A stretch of 63,068 nt of DNA, filler included, from Intoshia linei (taxonomy: Eukaryota > Animalia > Orthonectida), in NCBI GenBank assembly GCA_001642005.1. It is 4 parts of 4 records of this genome, joined end to end, with 100 filler letters (N's around TTAATTAATTAA, not from the genome) between each part and the next. Parts side by side here need not be neighbours in the genome. Positions count along the whole stretch, not along the records: positions 11,234 to 40,558 come from LWCA01000386.1; 3 more parts are not named here. One strand, written 5' to 3'. Of the stretch, positions 13,721-26,604 are shown piece after piece. Every line of letters starts with the position of its first letter. The first letter of the stretch is position 1. The position numbers and the translations under genes are program-made. The notes below the pieces were generated by a model that was given only the letters and a program-made list of their open reading frames with translations, was not told where the DNA came from and searched no databases.

Positions 13721-16700
13721 ATGAGCGACGAACTCGCTAAACTGTACAAGAAACGAGCTGAGGAAAGGAAACGTCAAACGTTGGATAAAATTGCCCAGGT
13801 AAAAGAAAAATTTACACAAAAACGTCTAGAAAAACGCGAAAAAGAGCACCAAGAAGGTATATTTAAAGTACAGTATTGTATGTATTAAAATAAAATAACG
13901 AGGATACATCGGTTTAATCATTAAACTTTAATGAGTAGATAATGGATGTATTAGTTTGGATCGCGTAAATTTTATATATTTACCACACCAACTTTACCAA
14001 AATATAAAACGTTTTTAACCCTTATTTTTATCAAAATCAAAAGACTATAATTAACACTTTTTTTAAAGGGGTTAAATTTATCATAAAAATGTAAGGTTAA
14101 TTACTCAAGTCTGTTTAAATTTGTAAAATTCTATTTTTTAATTTTTTAAAGAGGAAAAAAAGAAACCAATCAATGATTTTATTAAAAAAAGCCAAGAAAC
14201 CAAAGATGATAATTTTATGAAAGATTTTTATCAAGAGGTTATTAATATTAACTGTTTATATTAATTTGATATAGATTGGTACTTTATCAAATCAAAACAT
14301 ACATGTCACTAGAGGAGGTGCTAAAATTAGTAAAACTTTACATGAAAATATTGAGAAACGTAAAGCCGATGAAGAAGCGGCAAAACGAAAAAAAGATACT
14401 AAACCAGACATTGATAGTGTTAATGCTGTAGATTACTTGTTTAACATGATTGAAGATCATACTACCCGAAAAAGATTAAAAATGGACAAAAAATTTGAAA
14501 AGAAATTAGATAAAGATATTAAAAAGGAACTAAAAAATGCCATTAAAGATGACCCTGATCCAGTAATAAAAGTATCAATGTTTATTTTATTTTTTAGGGT
14601 ATGATTGGTCCACCCGTAGCACCTATCCAAATAAAACCTACCAACGATAATGAAATTAAAATAACGAAACCAAAAGAGAATCTAATAAAAATTGAAAAAC
14701 CGACAACTGTAGCTAAAGCTATAAATGAAGATAAACCTAAACGAGATACACCTCAATATGCACAGCTTACAAGACTCAATAGACCGGGATCAGCATATTT
14801 CAATTTAAATCCTTATGATGTAAAATTTTATTTTTTTATTTTTTATATGCCCTTATAAAACCAATTGCAAGGCTTGGAAGTGGTACTCTATTGACAGTCA
14901 GTTTTTTAAGTTGTGAATATTGAGGTTATATGGATTTACTAAAAAATTTTAGAGTTTATATGGTTTATTTTTTATCAAAATAATATAATGTAAAATGTGT
15001 AATTATACAATATAATGTAGTTATTATGACAAGTCTAAATTTAAATCAATGTGTATAGTCAAAATATAGTTATAAAGTGTAAATTATAATATTTTATTAA
15101 ATTTCACTTTAAGGGTTTGACTGTATTATTTTTAATTCAAAATTAGGTCCTTGAATTAGAATATGACGCTAAAAAAGAAGATATTCCAAAAGCATACAGA
15201 AGGGTATTATTCATTAGTTTTCATTTTATTTACAATTTGTTAATGTAGTTGGCAAGATTTGTACACCCTGATAAAAATCCGGATGATAGAGACTTGGCTG
15301 AACACGCTACAAATGGTTAATTTTAGACAATTATAAATTAGTGTTTCTCAATCTTTTTGACTCTGTAGACCAGAGGTGCAACACCGACGGCCGCATGCGG
15401 CATGAGAACGTTTATTTGCGGCCGTGGGTAATCATAATGTGATGATAATGCAATATATCATTTTAGATGAAATTGAAAATTTTAAATTAGATTTTATTCA
15501 ATATCTGTATCAAAAGTTCCGTTTTTGACTTTGACTACTTTCTCAATATGGATTTAAACTTTCTCAGTGGCAAAATATATTTTGTGCAGCCGTAGTATCA
15601 ATGAGTAAAGTAGATTTACGGCTGAATTGATGGGAAGGTTGTGCACCCCTGCCTTAGAGTTTAAAGTTTAAAAGTTTCATCAGAGAAAAAAATTTTGTTT
15701 AATGATTATTTCAAGTAATACATGATTTTTTAATTTTGTATAATAGTTGGTATTTGTGGTTTTGATCATGAAGATATATATTTTTGAAATTGAATTGTCG
15801 TTTCAGATGCAATTTCAATGAAATTGTTTGTATATTTTCATATGGATTTAAATATAATGCAATTTTTCTAAATATAATGGTTACAGAATGAAAGAAACAC
15901 ATTTTTTGCAAATTGACTTAATAAAGTAAACATTAAAATAAAATTAGTAATGATTTTGTATCAGTGGTCCAAAGCGTGACCCGCGGACCTCCAGATCAAG
16001 CTGTGGGACCCGCGAAATTGTTTAGCAATATATTTTTAAAAACATTGATTTACAGAAACATCATAATTACCACATTACTTAGGATTAATTTCAATTTGTT
16101 TAAAATAAATCCGTCTTTCATTCGTAATTATTCTCAACTTTATAGTTTTTATACTTTACGATAATAATTCTAACTTTTTGGACCTTTTGTACTATTACAT
16201 CGTGTTTCCAGTTCAAATAGTGTACGGACCCCTATTTCAAAATATTTATTTTTTTGGATTCCAATGGAAACATGAAATATAAAAAAATTTATGAAAAACT
16301 TTTTTTTTAAAGTTTTTTCTCATAAGATTCATAAAATTGGATTTTTTATTTGTTGTTTGGGATTAGGAAGTAATTGCTCACAAGATTTGGTAAAATCGAA
16401 TTTTTCAAAAAAATAATGGAAAAAGAGGATATTTCCATTAATCATTGCTAAAATTGGATTTTTGTTTCGGGGTTGAAATAAGAGATTTTAATAAGATAAA
16501 ATCGTATTTTAAAAACCAATATTGGAAAAATGGGATTTTTACCTTAAGGGTTTAAATTAAAGGGTATTTTTATTTAAATTACATTACACATATTCTCCCA
16601 ATGTGACCATATGGTCACACGATATATCTCGATAACTACTAGGGTAAATTATTTCAAATTTTACATGATATCTTCAATTAGCATAAATACTATAATTCTA

Positions 16701-18045
16701 AAAAATTTTTAAAATTAAAGCCAAAAAAAGAAAAGATTAGTTAGTTAACAACTTAAAAGTTTTCAGTTAAAACACGAAATATTTAAATTTTGTAAGCACG
16801 ATCTGAACACGACTAATGATATAGAAATGATAACATATTTCAAATTTTACCACACGCATAGTGTTAATTAAAGGCTTGTATTTATCGCGTCAGTATTTTA
16901 ATCCGTAAAGTGTCAATATTTTAGGTGTCAGTATAAATAATTGATTGTCAGTATTTAAATTAAAAACTGACAAATATGTAATTGAATACTGACATTTTAA
17001 TATTTATACTGACAATTTTTGTTGAAAATACTGAAAATTTTTATGTTATTTAAGTTTTATGCCGGTTAATTTGATGAAAATATCTCCTCTCTGACATTTA
17101 ATGATATATTAATTTTTTTCAATATTTTATATTTTATATATTATTTCGTTTACATAACTGAATCCACTTTTAATTATTTAAGATGTTGAAAAACACAATA
17201 ATATCCTTGATATTTCAGAATACATCTGTGGATAAAAACATTTTGAAGACTTCACATCTCCATAATACGAATTACATAAGGGAAAATTTTTTTGTTAAAT
17301 ATCAAAAATAATATATTTGACATTTTTAATAATATTTGTTGCATCGCCCCCATGTGGGGGCTAACGCCCACATTAAGAACCACTACGTTAGGATATAAAT
17401 AAATTTAATGTTTTAATGAATAATTGAATAATTTTCTTGATTATTTTAGCCATCAATAAAGCTTATAAAACACTTCAAAACCCAGTTGGCCTTAAAGGGT
17501 GTCGAGAAATCATGAATGAGGCTAAAACGCGAGTTGACAAAAGAGTTTTAATTTAGAAAATATTATGCTGTAATCAAACTTTAGGTAGCAGAAACAAAGT
17601 TAGATTTAAAGAAAAAGAAAAAAGATCAAAAGGTACCAGAAGACGACAATAAAGTGGTATTGATTTGAATATTGATTGATTGAATTTTTAATTCTTAATT
17701 AGTATAGAACAGAGATTCATAAAACTACTTGCAAGCTATTTGCTGATTTAGAAAAAATTCGACAAAATAAAATGGTTCGTGAAGCCAATGACAGGTTACA
17801 TAACAATAAATATCCTAATTTTAATAGTGATTAAATTAAATTTGATTCTATTTTTTAGACGTAAATATGCTGAACAAGAAGAAAGTGAAAGAATCGATGA
17901 GGTCGAAAAGAGAATATTTGATAAAGAATTTAATGAAACTCGAGGAAAGCGAGTATACCGATGGAGATCTTGGAACACTGACCAAGGAAAATCTGCAATG
18001 GGCTCTTTCAGACCACCAAAAACAAAAATGGAAAAAAAGAAATAA
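13721..18045 (+). CDS. DNAJC8: DnaJ subfamily C member 8 (SPF31), N-terminally extended
   Basis: Spliced product contains QLTRLNRPGSAYFNLNPYDVLEL...YRRLARFVHPDKNPDD...AINKAYKTL (J domain with HPD), CKLFADLE and C-terminal FNETRGKRVYRWRSW...FRPPKTKME; about 10 exons. Confidence 0.92.
15371..15651. mobile_element. hAT-type MITE in a DNAJC8 intron
   Basis: Imperfect TIRs CAGAGGTGCAACACC ... GGTTGTGCACCCCTG; flanks CTGTAGAC / CCTTAGAG (5/8 match). Confidence 0.55.
16887..17035. repeat. Inverted array of GTCAGTAT / ATACTGAC motifs
   Basis: About four forward (T)GTCAGTAT-like motifs followed by about four inverted ATACTGAC-like motifs. Confidence 0.7.
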
Positions 18046-18109
18046 CTAAATTTTCTTGATTTGTATGTACTATTTATTAAAATGTATTTTACATAATTTT
18101 GTATAAAAA

Positions 18110-19432
18110 TCAATATCTCATTGTGGCCACGGGAGAAGGATTGTTTAGGCAAACTTCTGTAACATACGAAGAACCAGTTCTTCCATCAAATGTTTTCATG
18201 GTTGGCATTGGACTATTCATATGTACTTGTTTAATGACAGTTGGAGAAGTTTTACTATACGACACATTAAATATACAATTGATTATATGTAGGTTGAAAC
18301 ATTACCTAATACAAACAAAACACACGCCTCCAAACAAAATAACTATCGCGCCAATGCACGACGCAATTATGATTAAACCTAAATAATAATATATAATACA
18401 ATTTAAACAATACTAGTTTTCGGGATTCCCCAGATTAGGGTAATGACTTCTTTTTCGACATCTGGTTGTGGTGGCAAAGTAGTAGGTTTTATGGATTTTG
18501 TATGATTGCCACAAGTTACTGAAAAATGTTCACCATGATGACCTTAAAAAATGGTAATTGCGAATATGACGTACTTACTATAAACAGTCACAACCCACTG
18601 TACTTGGACGTTTGTATCAATTGTATTGTAGTAAATCTCAATTTCTTTATATTTTTCGGGGTTACAGCGTTCCGTGAATTGGTCTTCATTCTTGACAATG
18701 GTGCAAATTGAATATGTTTCGTCCCCGATAATGACAATATTTTGATTACAACGAGTGTCATATGTTCGAGGTTCAAGTTCTGGGTTTCTTTTGAAAAAAG
18801 GAATGGTTACTCTGACGTCAACGTTTTTGGGAATTTTTAATTTGCACTTGCACCCATCCAATGAACGAACTTGTTCATTAAACATAACTAATGCTGTACT
18901 ATCTATATGCAGAAATGACCCGGACCACGATTCAGTTCGACAGATATCGATTGCTCTCGCATTAGGTGATTTTGTGAAAACTAATTTTTAATTAAAAAAG
19001 TTATATATTAGTTACGTGGATGGCATTCGTATTGACAATTCAGAAATAATTTGTACTCATAAGCTAGACATTCAATGAAACGATCTGTGTATTTCTCAGC
19101 ATCAAAAACACATTTTTCGTCGTCGCATATTCCAATTTTGTCTATTAAATCTTTCTTGGAAATTGGTTCAACGCATCTATCCTGTATAGCAGAACAGGAC
19201 TGTACTTTACTGTATATAATCTGCATTTTTTTTATTATAAGCGTGTGATTTGTTGGGCACTGTACTTCCAAAACAGTGTTCGTAGAAGTAATGCACTCTT
19301 CTTTGACATCGTACACTACAAAATAATGGAATAATATAGATTTCAATAGTTCAAACCTTTGTGACAGGATTCTTGTGGCTGTAATAAGGTAAATGTGGCA
19401 TAAAAAAACACTAGGAATATAAATCTGAACAT
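18110..19432 (-). CDS. Type I membrane protein: signal peptide, divergent SUEL/Gal-lectin-like Cys domain, CUB-like domain, TM, short tail
   Basis: Six exons traced in frame: MFRFIFLVFFYATFTLL (signal); EECI...EVQCPTNHTLII...CSAIQDRC...CDDEKC...ECLAYEYKLFLNCQYEC; IDIC...CKCKL...; TM GLIIIASCIGAIVILFGGVCFVCIR; stop TGA at 18110-18112. Confidence 0.75.
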
Positions 19433-20030
19433 AAAGCTACACTTGATCAATGAACTAAATGAATTAAGATTATTGAAATTGTGTTTTGTCTAGTAAAATA
19501 CAAAAATGTTGATTAGAGCATACGATTAGCTCAATTGTTTACAGCAAACACTATTGCTACATACTATGAATATTGTTTAGGATGGTTTGCCTTCAAAATA
19601 ATATATTCGACAATATATTATTTTGGATATACGTGATTGTTGCCAAACCTTTTGTTATTTCTTATATGAAACAATGAAAAAGTTTTAAAACATCCGGTAC
19701 TATTATCATATTTATGGCGATGATAACAATTCAAAAAATGTATTACAAACATTTCACACTTGGCTAATCATTTATGAATTAGATTTGCGTGAGAAAAGAA
19801 TGCATAACAATACACTTAAAATTTTTAGTCACCTTGGGAAACTATTTCTTGCCTTATTAATTATGAAATCAATAAGTTAATAATTATGTACAATAATTGA
19901 ATCAAAAACAGTTACATTATAATTCATACATTAATAATTAAAAAGACTTATGTACTAATCAAAATGTATTTAGACATGTACAATGCATAACTTGCTTTTC
20001 TAATGTATCATAAAGTCAGATTGGTTTTGT

Positions 20031-20463
20031 TTAATTATTTGGTAAATGTTTTATCTGAACCGATCCAAGTGATACATCACACGATTGGTCTTTTAAAATG
20101 CAGCAATTGCATTCTAATTTAATTGTATTATTTCCTTTCTTTTTAGAGCTAGGATATGTTCCATAATTGAATTCCATACATTCTTTTCCGCAATTCATTG
20201 TTTGATTCTGTAAGTATGTGACATTTTTCAAATTCAAATTATTGTTTATGTTATTATTGATAAAATTTCTCTGATAGAAATCCTTGTCTTTTTTTAAAAA
20301 GTTGTAATTTGAAAAGTGAGAATTTATTCTTTTTATTGGACAATTTTTTTCAATTTTCTTTACTTTTTCAAATTTCACTCTTTTTTTCATGTAGATACTT
20401 TTAGATTCATCAAGGTATTTAGGATTGCCGTATATTTCCAAATTTTGTAATTTACTTTTCATT
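20031..20463 (-). CDS. Probable terminal exon (Lys/Asn-rich), possibly the cytoplasmic tail of the 24.6-26.6 kb lectin gene
   Basis: 143-aa ORF directly preceded by a TTTTTAG acceptor; link to upstream exons not established. Confidence 0.35.
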
Positions 20464-21426
20464 CTAAAAAATTTTTTTCAATTAATACAATTCATCAATA
20501 ATAATAATTTTAAATTGTTTAGAAATTAAAATTTAATTTAATTTAATTTGTAAAAAAAAATAATTTTTTTGACATTTTAATCAATTATAAGAATCAAGAC
20601 CTGGAAATACAATAATATTTTCGAAAAAAAATATAATCAATCAAAACTATGAAAATGCATATGAAAAAGGATTAAACTTTTTTTTACAATTGGTGTGTAG
20701 TTGTAAACATTCGTTAAAATAATACACTACAATACATTAAATTGAAAATTGCAATGACGACTTGTTCTATTAGTGTAATGCTGTTTCTATACTAATTCTT
20801 TTTTATATTTTTAAATGAAACATTTATAATAATTTTTAAAGACATTTATAGACAATATTACTATCTTAAAAAATTGTTTCATTTTTTGTAATTGTTCCAC
20901 AGTATAACTTCTACTTATAAGACAAAGAATAACTCGAAAAAGTGCATCCTATTCATATTTTGAGAAAAAAATAAGTAAAGTAACATAATATAAATAAAAA
21001 TATAAAAACTTCAATTTTTGAAAGTTTACTTTAAAGACTAATATTTAAAAATAAAAATTAAGTCAAGTTATATCAGAATAATTGATTCTACATTAAATTC
21101 GGAAGCAGAACTGATATTCATCATAATATAATTAATCAGAAAAATTGGTAATCATGAAATTCATATCTGCCCAATGTTTTCATCATTTAAAATTTACATA
21201 ATAAAAAAATAATCTATAAATTATTAAAATACACCGAGTTTAAAATTTAAATTTCAACATTTTCACAAACACATTGAGTGATAATGAGAAGTGTAAGTTA
21301 AAGATTAATAAAACTTTATTTACCCTAATTTATTCTGTAGTTTAAATTAAATGTTACTATATAAATCATGTAATATTATCTAATTATGATAATTATTATC
21401 CTTAGTAATATTCTTATTATAAGTAA

Positions 21427-22060
21427 CTAGGTTGACTATTATGTACTACGTCCAAACAGCACCTAGCTCTGCCGAGGGCACATTTTTATTATACAAAAAA
21501 TAAATTCACCTTGAAAATCTAACGTAAAAATTCTACTATTCACTATTATCAATCCTTTAAAAGAGTGGTCCCCAAACTTGTTTCAGGTGGAACCGTCATA
21601 TCGCATTACTTTTTACTTTAAAATGAATTATTCCATCTTAATTTTTTTTGGCAAATTTTACCAATATTGCAAAGGATCTTAATAAATATAAAAATGGTAA
21701 TAACAAAGTTGCATTACTTTTAGTTTCGTTGTTGCAGCTTAAATTTGAAACAAAATGTTTTGAAAATGAGAATTTGAAATTTAAAATTGCGTAACAATGA
21801 AAAAAATTCCAAAGGAATGAATTATATATATTTTAGCGCATATTTCTTTATTGGAAATGTATAGACGTTCAATGCACATTTTTTTTGACCCGTAAGATGT
21901 GAGTTGAAGAGAAGTTGATGAGGAGTTGATGTGAGAAAAGGTTGAAATTTATCTTATTATCACCCGGAAAAAACTGTAATTGAAATGTGGACTATATATA
22001 ATTTTAAGACTGGTAGTAATATCAAAAGTAAGTACAAATACATGTATGTATGTGTGTGTC
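21427..22060 (-). mobile_element. Non-autonomous Helitron-family copy
   Basis: Minus-strand 3' end ...CTGTTTGGACGTAGTACATAATAGTCAACCTAG|T (hairpin + CTAG); internal modules shared with other copies. Confidence 0.7.
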
Positions 22061-23892
22061 TGTCACACAAAAACTGTGTGTAACTATTTATTGAAAATAT
22101 GGACAGTCGTAGTTTTAAAAAAACCAATTTCTAATTAGTTTTTCCACAGGACGTATTTTTATCTATTTGACAGTTTCAGAATTTAAGTCTTTCAGGTTTA
22201 AAAACCTAATTTTCCCTTTTATAAAATCAAATTAATTTAAAAAAAAAATCAACTGAAAATTAAAATTAAAACATAGATTTTGAAACGCGGTTTAAAAGCA
22301 TTAACATTGTCGTTAATCTCAGCCTCAAAAACTCATACATTCATGATCAAAACTACAAATTACCCTTTGTTTTAAAAATGTCCTAAAATTTTTTTAAACT
22401 TAAATTCTGGGATTATTTTTGAAACATAAATATTATCATAAATAAAAACCTCAAAAAAGATAATTTTCACGATCAAAACAACAGATTATCATTTTTTTTA
22501 AAATAAAAACAGCCCTATGATTTAAAAAAAACAACAAATAATACAATTGTATCCTGTTAACACACACAAAAAATTTATAATCTGAATAAGTGACGCCTTT
22601 ACGGTCAAAAAAGTACTTTAATATTCATTTTTTTTATTTCGAAACTATTTTATTAACAAATAAAATAAAAAATATGAAATAATTAATGGTTCTACAATTA
22701 AAAAAAAGATTATTCTGATAGAGCTTATTCCATTTGATATAAATACAAAATTTCAACCCCAAAAATCTATGCATTTCTGGTGAAAAATAATTTATAATAT
22801 ATTATCAACCAACAATTAAAAATAAAAATGTAAATAGTCATCCTACAATTTCAAAAAAATGTTTTAATGAACGTCATTCCAATACCCATTCCCAATAAAT
22901 ATATATATGGGTGGAAATCTTACAAAGTGATTTCTTAGGTTTCTGTTTATTGCTACAATTTATCATTTTCAAAAAGTTTAAAATTATTTGATGTACTATT
23001 TTGTTATTATCATTTTTATATTTTTTACAATGTTGATAAAATTTATTCTCTTAAAGAGAGTGTAATTATATCTCTTTAAAGTTTAACATTGAAACATTTA
23101 TCAAGTGAAAAATTTTCATTGAATTATAAATAACGTTTATTTATATCATATATTGTGGTATGACAGTATATTAAAATAATATTACCTTATTTTTATATAA
23201 TATACAATCATAATAATAAGATATACGGTTACCATTACTGAAATGCAAGACATTAAAATTATTGAGAATTCTAAATGGGTTATATTAATAGTACGTACTT
23301 ATATAATGCTATTATAATATATATACAACATATGATAATAATAATTTATTCTATATTTTAATTGTAAAACAGTAAACCATGTATATAATGTACAGTTATT
23401 AGTTGTTATAAACAGTGATTTTATAGAGAGACAAAAAAGAATTATTTACTAAATAATTTTTAATAATTTTTATTTTGTATCATAGAAATACAATCATAAC
23501 TCAATAGCAGGGGTGTCAGATTCAATTTGCTTAGCGGGGCAAATTTGAAAAAAATTATTACACAAGCCGCACAAAAAAAATCATTACTCATAAAATTGTA
23601 TTAAAACTAACACTTTTAAATAATTTATAATAATTTTAATTGATAAAATGAAATTAGAAACAATAATAATAGAATAAGCGTACAAATAATTTAAAATTGT
23701 AATTATGAAAAATATATGAAAAAATGGTGTAAGAATTTCACATTATTCGACTATTAAAGTAATTAATCATACATGCATTGATAACCCTCAATGGTCCATA
23801 AATTATGCACAAATATAATGTACTTTCATTTATATGAAATGCATGTAAAATCCGGATTGTGGATTGAGTAGATATAATTAATTATAATAGTA

Positions 23893-24200
23893 CTAGGTTA
23901 ATAGACTGTTATGTACTACGTACAAACAGCACCTAGCTCTGCCGAGGGCACATTTTTATTATTCCAAAAAAATAAATTCACGTTGGAAATCTAACTTTAA
24001 AATCCTATTATCACTATTATCAATCCTATAAAGGAGTGGTTCCCAAACTTGTTTCAGGGGAATCGTCATATCACATTACTTTTTACTTTAAAGTGAATTA
24101 TTTGATATTAATTTTGTTTTGTTAACATTTTCATAAAGATTTTAATTTTACATTTTAAAAACAATTGTTATCCCATTTTTAATTTATTAGACAGAATGTG
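23893..24200 (-). mobile_element. Helitron-family 3' fragment
   Basis: Near-identical to 21427-21640 and 58571-58830, including the hairpin-CTAG end. Confidence 0.7.
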
Positions 24201-24661
24201 TAATATGTGAGAACGTGTTAGGCTTCGGGATATATTCTAACATCTGGCAACTCTGTAATAAATGTTAAATATTCTGTATAAAACTAAATAGAAGTTGATA
24301 CATTTTTTTATATTTTATTTAAATCTCACGGACCCCAGTCATATAGTTTATGGTCAAGAGGTCCTAGGATCCCAATCGGGAGCCACTGGTTTAATAAAAA
24401 AGTTATTCGTTTTTTAATATTTATTTTAGTGATACTATATGGGAGTTAACATAGTCACATTAGGAGAAAATGGGTTAATGGTTAATAAATATTAGTGATA
24501 AATTTTAATTAACTTGACGCAAACATGTGGCATTAACAAGTCATAAAATAATAAAAATTACCAAATGAATTTACCAAATAATTTTTACCTAAATATAAAA
24601 TAAAATGTAAAAATTGGATAAAATTAAATAAATTTTTTTCAATTAAAATAAAATAAACTCT

Positions 24662-26604
24662 GTGATGGTAAGCAAACAATGCCTTCTGTATTAGTCCATT
24701 GTCCATTTACACAATTTAGATACCAATGAACATTACTAGTATTACATGTAACACTAGTTGATGAATTAAATCGAACTGCATGAGAATAAAGAGGTGACTT
24801 GTAATTTTCACAACCAATACCTAATTTTTAATAATTAAAATTAATAAAATTTATTAAAATACCTTCAAATTTAATTAAATATGTTTCAGACAGATACGAA
24901 AATTTATTTGCATATGCAATGTTTGTAACGTCTCCATTTATAATTATATTATCTGTTCGATTTGAAATACATAGTTTTTGGGGGGTTGTTTTGTTTTGTT
25001 GGTTTTGTAGATTGTAAATATTCAAAGTGTCACTACAATTTTTGAAATTTTTCACATTCCAAAAATTTTCAAGACTTTGAAAACTTTTTAAATGGTTTGC
25101 ATTTTGATGTGGTTTTTGTAAATTTTTATATAAATTCAAATTGTATGTAGTTATATTCATTTTTTTTCCCGAGTCCACCCAAAATCTTGAATTGCATTTT
25201 TCATTTATTATAGTCTTTTCGTATAGCATGAATGTTGGTTTGTTTGTGACATGAATATTAGAGCAGGTCATCAATTTTTTCACTAAATTTATAAAATTAT
25301 AAAATGATAGTCTGACATGTCATTAATAAAACTATATTTTAAGATATTAAAGATAATAATTATTTTAACTTATATAAAACTATTTGTGTGTCTGTTGGTA
25401 TGTTTGTTTATCTGTCTTAAAGATTAACATTCCACATTTCCATTGCAGTTTTTCAGATGATGAAATTAAGATAAATTTCAATTTTAGAAACTTTCATCTT
25501 ACCGGTCAAATCAACAAATTATCCACCCTAAGCCAGGATTCTTAATTTATATAAAAGTCTTTGTTTGTACATCTTTGTATGTCTGTCTGTTTGTGTATTA
25601 TCGTTATTTTATGAAAAACATAATAGTCCTCGAATTTAAAAAGATCACAGCTTTTTTCATTTAAAACATATAAAAATTTTCAATGTTAACTTCATCGTTC
25701 ATTTTCAAAATTTTTTTTATCGTTTACCCTTTTTTTGGGTAAATTATTTCATTAACACAAAAAATTAATATATTTAATGATCCTAGAATTTAAAAATAAA
25801 AAATGGTTTTCACACGTTTGAAAACCATTCCTTTAAAATATTGGTAATAGTGAATAGGGTATTTTTATGTAAGATTTAATTTTTTTGGTAGAATTAGAAA
25901 AGTCCGCCCTCGGCAGAACCAGGTGGCGTTTGTACGAAGTACAAAACACCCAAGCTATTTATCACACATTTATATTATTATAAGAGAAAAATCTTATAAA
26001 AATATAAAATGGAAATATAATTTTTATAATCAAAATGTAATCATTACCCGAACTCGCCGGGTTTCGGGTATATAAAGAGGTCCTGATGTAAGTTTTTTTA
26101 TTATGATATTTATTTACATTAAATTTCCCTGGTGTTTGTACCAATTCCGTTACTTTTTTTTGTCAATTCCGCATCCTAACGATGGAACGTAATTGGACTC
26201 GATAAACTCAATGATCGAACCCGAGAGGTCGAAATTAGTAGCAAACAAATATGGACATGTCACAATTCCAATTTTTTGGAATTATTCACTATAAATTAAA
26301 ATAAAAACCTGAAATGCATAAATACTCGACATAAAGATAAGGAGTAAAATCAATTGGGCATGGTTTAGTATCTATTAATATTTGATCTGCAGTACTGAAA
26401 CTACAAAAATTTTTCATGGAACATAACGAATCCAATTGAGAAACAACATTTTTAAAGCATCCAATATTTCCAAAATTGTACCTTACGCATCTACCGACCT
26501 TCATTCTTCCATAAAAAGCGTTTTCAATCAATATAACTTGGCTAGGATCCGAACACCCTGCTTCAAAAGTTTCTGTCAAACAAGATTCTATTTTCATAAT
26601 AGCT
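24662..26604 (-). CDS. SUEL-type (galactose/rhamnose-binding) lectin + CUB-like + sushi-like extracellular protein (partial model)
   Basis: Exon 26309-26604 ESCLTETFEAGC...NAFYGRMKVGRC...GC...LDSLCSMKNFC...PCPIDFTPYLYVEYLC (SUEL YGR...PC...YLxVxYxC pattern) splices in phase to 24863-25282 (CUB-like, ends YLIKFEG) and 24662-24821 (GC...VTC...WYLNCVNGQW...VC). Confidence 0.8.
25539..25957 (+). mobile_element. Short, apparently complete non-autonomous Helitron in a lectin-gene intron
   Basis: 5' TCTTAATTTATATAAAA followed by GTTT/GTCT microsatellite; 3' GCCCTCGGCAGAACCAGGTGGCGTTTGTACGAAGTACAAAAC hairpin then degenerate CTAT end. Confidence 0.6.

Noticed and set aside
26082-26095. Hammerhead core or spliced-leader exon at CCTGATGTAAG
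   Set aside because: It lacks the CTGATGA/GAAA core geometry, and the Sm-like site is too distant to call an SL RNA without data.
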